A stretch of 52,094 nt of DNA from a virus. Its lineage: Duplodnaviria; Caudoviricetes. Under the pieces are notes generated by a model. That model worked only from the letters and a program-made list of their open reading frames with translations, was not told the origin of the DNA and ran no database searches. Of the stretch, positions 43,222 to 52,094 are shown in pieces (position 1 is the first letter of the stretch; the number at the start of each line of letters is the position of its first letter). The stretch is from positions 1 to 52,094 of IMG/VR virus record IMGVR_UViG_3300044852_000027. One strand, written 5' to 3'. A program made the translations under genes and the position numbers.

Positions 43222-43893
43222 ATGCGAGTCATCACCCAAATAGGCGAGCAAGGCCTTGAGCTTCCCGACGGTCGCTCGGTATTGCTGCGTCCGTCACTCT
43301 ATGCCATGTCGTCCCTCGGAACCCCGGAGGAGATCGTAGAGAAGTTCTCGGCGCTGCACTCCTCGCCGTCATTCATGACCTTTGATGACTCCGACTCGTA
43401 CGGCGTAAAACTGGCGGGGGCGTCGGTCAACAAGCAGCGCCTACGCGACCACTGGCGCGCGATGCTGTACCTGTCCTGGGAGATTCTGACGGCCTGTAGC
43501 GAGCAGGATCTCGCGCCATTCATTGGCGAGCCTGGGGAGCGCTACGCCTCGTACCGAATGGGGCCTGTCTCGCCGGAGGTCATGCTCGTGCTCGCTCGCT
43601 CGCTAATGCAGCACGGGCTAATCGGGCCTATGCCTAAAAAGCAGAATGGCGACCCTGTCCAGCCTGCAAAGTCGAAGTACACGGCAAAGTTTGACGCGCT
43701 GTCGTTCGTATCTAAAGCGGTCGCCCATCTCGGGTTTAGCGAGTCCGAGGCCTGGAATATGACAATGACCAGTTTCGCCGCGAACTGGGAAGCCAAGTAT
43801 GGCGAGAACAAACAAGAGCGTCATAGCGAAGAACATGACGAGACCATGGCATGGCTGGCCAAAGTTAACGAGCAACGGAAACCGAAGCAATGA
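43222..43893 (+). CDS. Tail assembly chaperone
   Basis: IGE, LLRPSL.AM..LG.P.EIV and AHLG.SE.EAWNMTMT.F; precedes tape measure. Confidence 0.75.
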   Translation: MRVITQIGEQGLELPDGRSVLLRPSLYAMSSLGTPEEIVEKFSALHSSPSFMTFDDSDSYGVKLAGASVNKQRLRDHWRAMLYLSWEILTACSEQDLAPFIGEPGERYASYRMGPVSPEVMLVLARSLMQHGLIGPMPKKQNGDPVQPAKSKYTAKFDALSFVSKAVAHLGFSESEAWNMTMTSFAANWEAKYGENKQERHSEEHDETMAWLAKVNEQRKPKQ

Positions 43894-46800
43894 GCAATAT
43901 GAACGTCGGGAACATCGTCTACAACGTAGACGTCAACACGGGCAAATTCGTTTCGGGGATGGGCCAGGTAAACAAGGGCCTGGGTCAGCTTGACGACGAA
44001 TTCAAGAAGGCCGACAGCTCGGGTCAGTCGTTTGCTGGGGGATTGACCAAGATCGCTGCCGCCCTGGCAGCGCTTGCCACTATCGACGCCCTGAAGGGCC
44101 TGCAAAAGATGTCGGAGGAGTTCACCCTCCTGCGCGCCCGGATCGACCGATTCTCGGGCGGCGTGCGCGATGGCGCGGCCAACTATGAGCGCCTGCTCGC
44201 GATCTCCAGCAAGACCGGCTCGGACATGGGGACCGCCGTAAAGACCTGGGAAGCCTTGACCGGATCCCTAAAGGAGATGGGCAAGAGCAATACCGACATC
44301 CTGACTCTGACTGACACCCTTATGAAAATGGGTACGCTCGGAGGCGCCAGCGCTGAAGAAATGAAGAACGGCCTCCGCCAGTTGGGGCAGTCGTTCTCGG
44401 GCGGCATCGTGCGCGGCGAGGAGTTTAACTCGGTACTGGAGAACACCCCGGAAATCGCGCGCCAATTGGCAAAAGGCCTGGGCATTCCGTTTGCCGACCT
44501 GCGCAAGCAAATGCTCGATAGCAAGCTGACGACCGAGGCTGTCTTTGAGGCGCTGCTCAAGCGCGTAGATGCGGTTAACACCGACTTCGACAAGATGCCA
44601 CGCACCGTGGCTCAGGCAGCCAACGCCATTACAAACCAGTTCGGTTCGGCGCTGTCGAAGCTGGACAAAGAGGCCGGGTTCTCGACGACTCTGGCGACCG
44701 CTATCGACCTCGTAGCAAACAAGATCGGAGCCTTCGGCGCCGACGCGCAGTCCGTGTCGGACGCTATCGACATGATCGGATCCGCCGCATCCTCGTTCGC
44801 TGCGATCATGGCTGGTCGAGTGCTGACCTCGCTGGGCGGGGTCGCCATCGCGCAAGTAACGGCGATCAAGAACACGCTCGCGATGGTCGGCCCTCAAGCT
44901 GCCGCCGCAAACTCCGCACTGATCCTGGCTCGTGCCGAATTTGACGCCGCTGTCGCAATCAGCAGCACGGCCGCCGCTGCCGCGAAATCAGCTACAGGCC
45001 TACAAACCCACGCCGCCCTCCTGAATGCCTCAGCAATTGCCGAGGAGCGGACCACTCTCGCGGCCGTTAACCTGTCCGCCGCGCTGTCTGCGCAGGCTGG
45101 CGCGGCAACCGTGGCGTCAGTCGGCATGAAGGCGCTTAGTAGCGCTATGGCGTTCCTGGGCGGCCCTACCGGCGTCATCCTCCTGGCAGCCTATGCACTT
45201 TATGAGTTCTCGAAGGCGTCCACTCAAACGAAGGTCGACGTCGATGCCCTCAATAGCTCGCTCGACAAGCTGACGTTTAACCAGCTCGCCAAAGCTTCTA
45301 ACGATGCTGGCGACGACATCACCAAGCTAAACACGAAGCTCTCCGCGTCGATGTCCGAGCTTCGCACCGCGACGAAAAGCGTTTTCGAGTCCGACACCGA
45401 CTTTGCAAAACGTAAGACGGAATTGCAGGCCGAGAAGGACAGCATCGACCAGCAAATTAACTCCCGTCGCGAGCTGCAAGCGGCCATCAAAACGCAGCAA
45501 GATCAGCTTGCAAAGGACCAGATCAACAAAGGGAACGCCGGGTCTGTAAAACCGGTTCACAAGACGGCCGCCGCCGACCAAACGGTTATAGACAACCTCA
45601 AGGAGCAAAACGCCCTAGCCAAACTGGCAGGAGAGGCGCGCGCGCGCCTGGCAGCCGAGCAAAAGCTATCTGCCGCCGCTACTGCCGAGGAGAAGAAACA
45701 AGTCGGCGACCTGGCCGTGGAGACCTACCGCCTCGAAACCGCCAAGAAGGAAGCCAAGAAGGGCGACACCAAGGACGCGGCGCAGCGTAAAAAGGATCTA
45801 ACCGAGGAGAAGCGCCACACCGAGGACAACGCGAAGGCTATCACCGACTACGCAGTAAGCATCGGTCAAGCCGCAATGAAGGGCGAAGACCTGGCGCGAG
45901 CACAGGCTCAGGCGAAGCTCAACAAGTTCGCGACACCTGAAGACGTGGCGACCATGGACGCGCTGGCTAAGGCCATGTACAAGGTCCAGCAAGTCGAGGA
46001 GGACAAGCAGAAGCTCGCCAGCGTCGACCCTATCGCCGCCGAAGGGCAGGGCTTCACTGATGAGCTTAAAAAGCTTCAGGAGCTGAACGACGCAAAGCTT
46101 CTTAGCGACGAGCGATATCTTGAGCTGAAGGCGCAAGCGACTACAGCGCATGAGGCGCAAATGCGCATCTTGCAAGAGGAGAATTTTAAAGCGGCGTCGA
46201 TGGGTAACGCGATGCTGATCGACGGCGTCAACGCCCTGGCGGCTGGTGCGACGCAATCGCTTAGCGGGATCCTGTCGGGAACATCCAACCTCAAGGACGC
46301 CCTCGGAGGGATCGCTAACACCGTCCTAAATACCGTTGTCGGCGCATTTGTCCAGATGGGGGCCAACTGGGTTAAGCAACAAATCATGATGACCATGGCG
46401 ACCAAGGCGACCGAGGCCGCGCAGATCGGCGGCATCGCGGCGGTAACCACGGCGCAAGCTGGCGCGACTGGCGCTATCGCCGCGACCACAACCGCGACCG
46501 CCGCCACTACCGGCACGGCGGTAGCTACATCCATGGCTCCAGCGGCTGGCCTATCGTCTATCGCCTCGTTCGGCGGCGCGGCTGTCATCGGCGGCGCGGC
46601 GTTGCTCGGGACCATGATGCTTGCTAAGTCGTTCGGCGGCGGTCGCCAGTACGGCGGCGGCGTTGACGGTTCGAAAATGTATCAGGTAAACGAAACCGGC
46701 AAGCCTGAGATTTTCAACGCGGCTGACGGAAAGCAATACATGATGCCCAACAAGCGCGGAGAAGTCGTAAGTAACGCCGACGCAACGGCAGGCGGTGGCG

Positions 46801-46979
46801 GTGGCGGTGGCGGAACGGTCGTGAACATCCACAACTATTCCGGCGCGCAAGTGTCCTCGTCAGAGTCTCAAGTTGACGATAACCGCGTAATTGACATCGT
46901 GGTCGGCAACATGGCAAACGGGGGTAAAATAGCCCAAATGACCAACCAGATTACTAACACGAGAAGGGCGGGGACTTGA
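43890..46979 (+). CDS. Tape measure protein
   Basis: 1029 aa, Ala-rich; QLGQSF..G.VRGEEFNSVLE and GGRQYGG.V...Y.VNE.G.PE. Confidence 0.93.
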   Translation: MSNMNVGNIVYNVDVNTGKFVSGMGQVNKGLGQLDDEFKKADSSGQSFAGGLTKIAAALAALATIDALKGLQKMSEEFTLLRARIDRFSGGVRDGAANYERLLAISSKTGSDMGTAVKTWEALTGSLKEMGKSNTDILTLTDTLMKMGTLGGASAEEMKNGLRQLGQSFSGGIVRGEEFNSVLENTPEIARQLAKGLGIPFADLRKQMLDSKLTTEAVFEALLKRVDAVNTDFDKMPRTVAQAANAITNQFGSALSKLDKEAGFSTTLATAIDLVANKIGAFGADAQSVSDAIDMIGSAASSFAAIMAGRVLTSLGGVAIAQVTAIKNTLAMVGPQAAAANSALILARAEFDAAVAISSTAAAAAKSATGLQTHAALLNASAIAEERTTLAAVNLSAALSAQAGAATVASVGMKALSSAMAFLGGPTGVILLAAYALYEFSKASTQTKVDVDALNSSLDKLTFNQLAKASNDAGDDITKLNTKLSASMSELRTATKSVFESDTDFAKRKTELQAEKDSIDQQINSRRELQAAIKTQQDQLAKDQINKGNAGSVKPVHKTAAADQTVIDNLKEQNALAKLAGEARARLAAEQKLSAAATAEEKKQVGDLAVETYRLETAKKEAKKGDTKDAAQRKKDLTEEKRHTEDNAKAITDYAVSIGQAAMKGEDLARAQAQAKLNKFATPEDVATMDALAKAMYKVQQVEEDKQKLASVDPIAAEGQGFTDELKKLQELNDAKLLSDERYLELKAQATTAHEAQMRILQEENFKAASMGNAMLIDGVNALAAGATQSLSGILSGTSNLKDALGGIANTVLNTVVGAFVQMGANWVKQQIMMTMATKATEAAQIGGIAAVTTAQAGATGAIAATTTATAATTGTAVATSMAPAAGLSSIASFGGAAVIGGAALLGTMMLAKSFGGGRQYGGGVDGSKMYQVNETGKPEIFNAADGKQYMMPNKRGEVVSNADATAGGGGGGGGTVVNIHNYSGAQVSSSESQVDDNRVIDIVVGNMANGGKIAQMTNQITNTRRAGT

Positions 46980-47467
46980 GCACTATCCTAGATATTTTCC
47001 GAGCAAGCGGCGGGGGCGACTGCATCATTCCGACGCTTGAGCTGACTTGTACGGCCTGGAGCGAGCCTATTTTCATCTGCGCGGGATTTGCCAACCTGCA
47101 AGCGATTGACGAGAACGGGCGACCCATCACGTTCCTGGCGGCGGGCCTTGACGTATCGCTGCCGAAAAAGAACAACGACGGAGGCCAGTCGCTCGGGGTA
47201 GCCATCGACAACGTAACCGGGGAGGCGCAGGCAAAGATAGATCTAGCCAAGGAAACCGGCGCGCGGATCATGATGATCTACCGGACCTTCCTTGAGTCCG
47301 ATACGTCGCACCCTGCCGAGCCACCCATGCGAATGACCGCGCTCAGCGCCTCCATGGAGGGGGCTACCGTGCGCACAATCGGTGGGTATTACGACCTCAT
47401 TAACTCGGCGTGGCCGCGCTTTCGATATACTGCCGGATGGGCACCTGGGATCAAATACATCGCATGA
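46976..47467 (+). CDS. DUF1833-like tail tip protein
   Basis: AIDNVTGE, YRTFL.SD...PAEPP and WPR.RYT...PG. Confidence 0.8.
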   Translation: MSTILDIFRASGGGDCIIPTLELTCTAWSEPIFICAGFANLQAIDENGRPITFLAAGLDVSLPKKNNDGGQSLGVAIDNVTGEAQAKIDLAKETGARIMMIYRTFLESDTSHPAEPPMRMTALSASMEGATVRTIGGYYDLINSAWPRFRYTAGWAPGIKYIA

Positions 47468-47871
47468 TCGACATTGACGGTTACCTCTTAACGCCATATC
47501 TGGACGGAGGGCGCACACGCGGCGCTCTCGATTGCTGGGGGCTCGCACTTTGCGTGCGCGAGGACATGGGCTTGCCGGTCCTACCGTCAGTAGCAACCTA
47601 TACTCGACTCACTCCGGTAGGCCGAGAAAAGGGCTATCGAGAGGTCACGTCGCAGATGGTCGAGGGAGATCCGCAACCCGGGGCTCTCGCCGCCGTGTTC
47701 AAGGGGCGCGCATTCGTACACGTCGGAGTAGTAATCGAGGTACATGGTAAACTCGCGGTCATAGAGACAAATCCCGCTTCAGGCGCTCGATGGATGCCTT
47801 TACGAAGATTCTTGCAGCAATATTACAAGGTGATTTTTTACTGTGATAAGCATCTACCCGAACAAGCTTGA
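47464..47871 (+). CDS. NlpC/P60-like tail assembly protein
   Basis: PY.DGGR....DCWGL and HVGVV. Confidence 0.85.
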   Translation: MIDIDGYLLTPYLDGGRTRGALDCWGLALCVREDMGLPVLPSVATYTRLTPVGREKGYREVTSQMVEGDPQPGALAAVFKGRAFVHVGVVIEVHGKLAVIETNPASGARWMPLRRFLQQYYKVIFYCDKHLPEQA

Positions 47872-50512
47872 CGGCGAGCCCTTCGAGAAGCACGCAACCA
47901 ATCGCAGGACAACTGTAGGAGCATGGCTTGATTCTATCCGCAAGGAGGGATACAAGCCAGGAGATTACCTGCCGATATCTGTAACCGTCAATGACGAAAT
48001 TATAGAACAGGGCGAATGGCATGACTTCGCTTTCAGGCCGCGCGATGACGTAAAGATTTTCATCGAGCCAAAGGGCACCGACCCATTCTCTATGGCTGTC
48101 GCGATTTTCGCGGGAGCTAAGGCGATTATGGGCATGCTGATGCCTTCTCTCCCCGGTACGCCAAACTCTCCAGGGCAGGGCGACTCCCTGTCAAACGGCA
48201 GCGCCAAAGGCAACAAGGTAAAGCTTGGCGACGTAGTTCGCGAGTCGTTTGGCACCCAGAGAATCTACCCTGATTACCTGCTACCCCCGCACCGTATATT
48301 CACTGACGCTCGAACTCAATGGATCGAGCTTATGTTATGCGTAGGCGTCGGCCGTTTTCAGATCGAGGCCAGTAATATCAGGATTGGCGACACGCCGCTT
48401 TTATCGCTCGGAGCAGACGCCGAGGTTCGCATCTATCAGCCAGGCGAGGACGTCACATCCAGCGCTGCCGCAACGTGGTGGCACCAGGCGCCGGAGGTAG
48501 GTTCAAGCTCGACAGGCGCTGCCGGTCTTGAGCTTACAGCTTCAACCTCTATTACGCCCAACGTCCAGGCTTCGGCGCTCCAGTTCTCCGGCTACACGAT
48601 CACCATTCCCACGGGCGCCGGAACATTCCCGACAGACTGGACCGTGGGCCTTGTCCTGCGCGTTGTTGTGCCGTACAGCTACACCGTAACAGACGGAGGA
48701 GGATCAGCTCGGGACGTCGTCACCGGACCGCTGTCGATGCTTAACCCATCCGTTGGCAATACGATCGAGGTCGTAGGACCTAACGCCGGACAATACACCG
48801 TCAACTCATATGCGTCCGGGCAGATGACTCTAGACTATTCGTGGGGCGCGCCAGCCAATCAGATGACTATCGGCACGTCTCTCGCCGCTATCGGCCCGGT
48901 CGGTATGAGGTTCAAGATTACCGGCATAAGCCCGAGCGTAATTACCGTAGACCGCCTGACGTCGTCAGGATCCATAGACGCGTCTTTCCCTGGATTCACC
49001 GCTGCGACCATGTCTAACGCCACCGTGTCGGTCGATACGAGCAACTCTGAAGGTGGTTGGCGCGGGCCTTTTGCAGCGTGTCCGCAGAACGAGAAGACGC
49101 GCGCAATTCAATGGGAAATGTTTCTGCCTAATGGCTTGTGCGGGATCGGCAAAGAGGGAAACATTTACTCGGCGACGGTTACCTACGAGCTTCAGTATCG
49201 AGACATGGCTTTAGGGGGAGCCTGGACGAGCGTCTACAGGTCCTACACGAACAACACGCTAGACCAGATCGGCGCCACCGAGACAGAGGTACTGCCTTAC
49301 CTTATGCGTCCCGAGGTACGGGTACGCAAGACCTTCCCTCTCGTGCAGAGCCTGGAAGTACATAATACAATCCAGTGGTACGGGCTTAAATCAAAGCTGG
49401 ATGCGCCATCTAGCTATCCGGGCTGCACGACTATCGCGATCAGGATCCGCACGTCTGACCGCATCGCCGCACAAACCGAAAACCAGATATCCGTAATAGC
49501 TACTAGGATGCTGCCGACTCGCTTTAACGGCCAGTGGACCGCCGAAGTCGCGACCAACGATATCGCCCCGGTATTCGCATACATCGCGAAGTCTACGAGC
49601 TATACCGACAGCGATATAGACCTCGAAACCCTAGACGACCTGGACGCCTTGTGGAAGGCGCGCGGGGACAAGTTCGATATGGCCTACACCGGAGAAACAA
49701 CCGCCAAGGAAGCGCTAAATAACGCCTTGGGCGCTGGGTATGCAGAGATAACCATTGATCGCGGGGTTATAACCGCAGTCCGTGACGGTCCTCGTACGCA
49801 GCTCGAACATATGTACACGCCGCAGAATTTTACCCGCGACCTCGTCCGAGAGATCCAGCTCTACAGCCCGAACGACTTTGACGGTGTTGACGTGACTTAT
49901 ACCGATGGCAAAAGCTGGACCGAGGAGGTCATAGAGTGCCGACTGCCGGGGAGCATCGGTCGAAAGGTTGAAAAGATTGTTGCCACCGGAGTGACTGACA
50001 GAACCCGCGCATGGCGAATGGGCATGCGCAGACTGCGAACCAATCTTTTCCGCAGGGACAAGTACACCTGGTCGACGGAAATGGACGCACTTAACAGCCG
50101 CTACCTGTCCTATGACATGGTCTGCGACGACGTGCCAGGGTATGGGCAAAGCTCCCTTATGCTCGGCTACAAAGTTGGCGCGGGCTCGGTTGAAATCGAG
50201 TCGTCGGAGCCGCTCGACTGGTCGGCAGGTGGCCAGCATATGCTTGCTGTTCGTCGCCCCAACGGGACGGTGTCAGGCCCGTATGTAGCGACAAGGATTA
50301 ACGACTATAAGATTTCGGTCCCGTCGCTTGACTTCTCCCCGGACGTTTCGTGGACTATTGAGCCGCCCCATCTGCTGTTCGGTCCGTCAAATCGCTTGTC
50401 GTATAAGGTCCTTGTTACAGGCATCTCCCCTAACGGGGCGTCCGCAGCGAGCGTTGAGGCGATAGGGTACAATCCCGAGGTATACGCAGACGACGACAAT
50501 AGCCCAACATGA
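47843..50512 (+). CDS. Tail tip/central fibre protein (TipJ-like)
   Basis: KLG.VVRE.FG..RIYPDY, LC.GVG and RAWRMGMRRLR. Confidence 0.88.
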   Translation: MISIYPNKLDGEPFEKHATNRRTTVGAWLDSIRKEGYKPGDYLPISVTVNDEIIEQGEWHDFAFRPRDDVKIFIEPKGTDPFSMAVAIFAGAKAIMGMLMPSLPGTPNSPGQGDSLSNGSAKGNKVKLGDVVRESFGTQRIYPDYLLPPHRIFTDARTQWIELMLCVGVGRFQIEASNIRIGDTPLLSLGADAEVRIYQPGEDVTSSAAATWWHQAPEVGSSSTGAAGLELTASTSITPNVQASALQFSGYTITIPTGAGTFPTDWTVGLVLRVVVPYSYTVTDGGGSARDVVTGPLSMLNPSVGNTIEVVGPNAGQYTVNSYASGQMTLDYSWGAPANQMTIGTSLAAIGPVGMRFKITGISPSVITVDRLTSSGSIDASFPGFTAATMSNATVSVDTSNSEGGWRGPFAACPQNEKTRAIQWEMFLPNGLCGIGKEGNIYSATVTYELQYRDMALGGAWTSVYRSYTNNTLDQIGATETEVLPYLMRPEVRVRKTFPLVQSLEVHNTIQWYGLKSKLDAPSSYPGCTTIAIRIRTSDRIAAQTENQISVIATRMLPTRFNGQWTAEVATNDIAPVFAYIAKSTSYTDSDIDLETLDDLDALWKARGDKFDMAYTGETTAKEALNNALGAGYAEITIDRGVITAVRDGPRTQLEHMYTPQNFTRDLVREIQLYSPNDFDGVDVTYTDGKSWTEEVIECRLPGSIGRKVEKIVATGVTDRTRAWRMGMRRLRTNLFRRDKYTWSTEMDALNSRYLSYDMVCDDVPGYGQSSLMLGYKVGAGSVEIESSEPLDWSAGGQHMLAVRRPNGTVSGPYVATRINDYKISVPSLDFSPDVSWTIEPPHLLFGPSNRLSYKVLVTGISPNGASAASVEAIGYNPEVYADDDNSPT

Positions 50513-51039
50513 CGATTTATTACCCTGAAGGACTACCGCTAGGCCTGCGAGCTTCTCGGACAAATCAGATCGTTTCGCCGCTTATGCGGTCCGAACTGAC
50601 TAGCGGTAGAGCAAGGCAGCGTAGAAAGTTCACCAGCGTCCCCGAAATGGCTAAGGTTAGCTTCCTTTTCAATGATGCAGAGGGCATGGCCTTCGAGTCA
50701 TGGTATCGGCAGCAGCTCGCCGACGGAGCGAACTGGTTTGAAGCAAAACTAAAAACCCCGTTAGGTCTTGAATATTACACCTGTCGATTCACTGACATTT
50801 ACCAAGGGCCTAACCCTGTAGGACCGCCATCCGGCGATAACAGCCGCTGGAGCTACTCAGCGGAGATTGAGTTGTTCGAGCGGGCGGTCCTCGGAGATGA
50901 CTGGGGATTGTTCCCGGATTTCGTAATAGACGCAAGCATTTTCGACAAAGCAATTAATCGGGAGTGGCCTCTAAACCCCTGGCAAACTTACGCGGATGTC
51001 ATGGACACCGCAATTAACGAGGACTGGCCTAACCCATGA
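50509..51039 (+). CDS. Minor tail (distal tail-like) protein
   Basis: RSEL.SGRARQRR.FTSVP and WF...L.TP.G. Confidence 0.75.
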   Translation: MTIYYPEGLPLGLRASRTNQIVSPLMRSELTSGRARQRRKFTSVPEMAKVSFLFNDAEGMAFESWYRQQLADGANWFEAKLKTPLGLEYYTCRFTDIYQGPNPVGPPSGDNSRWSYSAEIELFERAVLGDDWGLFPDFVIDASIFDKAINREWPLNPWQTYADVMDTAINEDWPNP

Positions 51040-51836
51040 CGTACGACACACTAAACCCGATTCCGTCAAAGGACCCGCGCGACCTTGACGACAACGCCGT
51101 AATTCTTGACCAGTTACTCGGCAGCGCTACGCCTACCGTAAAGGGGCGACTCGGCGTGCTGCTCAAAACATGGTGGCAGATGCAGCAAGACGCAAACGCA
51201 CTGGTAAGCCCGAACGTGGCAAGCCTGGCGTCGCTAACGCTAGCCGCTAATAAAGGGCTTTACGCAACCGGAGCGAGCGCTCTCGCGCAGTTCGATTTGA
51301 CCCCGCTGGCTAGGTCATTGATGGCGGCCACTGACGCCACACAACAAAAAGCGGCGCTCCCGTGGGCAGCTCCGCTCGACTCGCCAGCCTTTCTAAACAA
51401 CCCAACCGCGCCAACGCAAGCCGTAGGCAACAGCTCAACCAGGCTAGCAACCACTGGATACGTCCAAGGCGAGATTACCAATAAACGGACGTGGACAACT
51501 TACACGCCAGCCATTACGCCAGGGTCTGGCGCGTATACGACAATCAGCGCCACCGGTAAGTACATGGTGATTTTTGGCATCTGTTACTTTGAGGTAACAA
51601 TCACCATTACTACCAAGGGCACAGGGGGATATCCAACGCTAAGCCTTCCTGTAGCGGCGCTCGCTGGCACTAGCGGTATGCCCGTCGGAAACGTTAAAGA
51701 GGTCGGCGGCAAAGGCGGGTTCGCTACTGTGCTCTCTGGGCTTACTACGGCAGCGTGCGCGGACATGGCAAACGGCGACATTGGTGCGGCAAACGGCGCT
51801 GTATTGAATATTCACGGCAGCTATCCAGTAGCCTAA
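51036..51836 (+). CDS. Tail fibre protein
   Basis: N-terminal anchor YDTLNPIPSKDPRDLDDNA; SPAF...PTAPT...G.SST.LATT.YV fibre motif. Confidence 0.8.
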   Translation: MTYDTLNPIPSKDPRDLDDNAVILDQLLGSATPTVKGRLGVLLKTWWQMQQDANALVSPNVASLASLTLAANKGLYATGASALAQFDLTPLARSLMAATDATQQKAALPWAAPLDSPAFLNNPTAPTQAVGNSSTRLATTGYVQGEITNKRTWTTYTPAITPGSGAYTTISATGKYMVIFGICYFEVTITITTKGTGGYPTLSLPVAALAGTSGMPVGNVKEVGGKGGFATVLSGLTTAACADMANGDIGAANGAVLNIHGSYPVA

Positions 51837-51849
51837 CAAGGAGAAAGAA

Positions 51850-52094
51850 TTGAACACTTATTTAACTGGCAACCCTATCGGTTCGTCCGCCGCCAAGGAT
51901 CTTTTCGACAACGCTTCAGGCTTTGACGAAGGCATGACATCCGACGCGCCATCGTTCCTTAACCGGCTCCTCAAGCGGTGCCAGACATGGTCTGGTCTCC
52001 AGACGATGGTAGCCGACTTTCTGAACGCAATGGGGTTCGAATCGACGCACTTGACATATGTTGACGGCACCACTCTTACGGTTCTGCGGCCGTC
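51850..52094 (+). CDS. 5' part of the SGNH tailspike (joins 58-1854; ~650 aa total)
   Basis: AGGAG RBS, TTG start; MNTYLTGNPIGSSAAKDLFDNASGFD... runs in frame into MVADFLNAMG. Confidence 0.85.
   Translation, partial: MNTYLTGNPIGSSAAKDLFDNASGFDEGMTSDAPSFLNRLLKRCQTWSGLQTMVADFLNAMGFESTHLTYVDGTTLTVLRP
51969..52094 (+). repeat. 126-bp terminal direct repeat, right copy
   Basis: identical to 21-146. Confidence 0.95.

Noticed and set aside
43222-43893. Programmed -1 frameshift in the tail assembly chaperone
   Set aside because: A single ORF runs directly into the tape measure start, leaving no second frame to join.
1-52094. CRISPR array, DGR/retron, integrase, DNA polymerase A/B, methyltransferase
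   Set aside because: I saw no regularly spaced repeats, reverse transcriptase, recombinase, family A/B polymerase or methyltransferase motifs; highly divergent versions could have been missed without HMM searches.

Overview
Apparently complete ~52 kb genome of a long-tailed dsDNA phage (siphovirus). A Pseudomonas host is likely, inferred from protein motifs rather than shown. The contig is circular: 21-146 equals 51969-52094, and bases 1-19 are an Illumina P5 adapter remnant. The last gene (start 51850) continues into the SGNH-esterase tailspike ORF at 58-1854. Modules: endolysin and spanins (2.3-3.4 kb); leftward recombination/replication genes (VRR-NUC, SF2 helicase, YqaJ-type exonuclease, MazG-like, DUF669 SSB, Sak4-like ATPase); a Prim-Pol primase-helicase and probable origin (~12.8-13.2 kb); ~16 kb of small accessory genes (HTH/RHH regulators, ParB-like protein, minimal nucleotidyltransferase, DEDDh exonuclease); a structured RNA region with three atypical tRNAs; holin, terminases, an inverted portal/head-morphogenesis block, head, HNH, neck, tail and two receptor-binding proteins. 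I recognised no integrase or CI-type repressor. The main unexplained signal is a dispersed family of sigma70-type promoters built on TTGAC-N4-GTCAA-N5-TTGAC half-sites. Several drive single-gene, terminator-bounded cassettes, one encoding only an 11-aa peptide. Other notable signals are a GGA-rich structured RNA before the tRNAs and the non-canonical tRNAs. All family assignments are from motif recognition by eye, not database searches.
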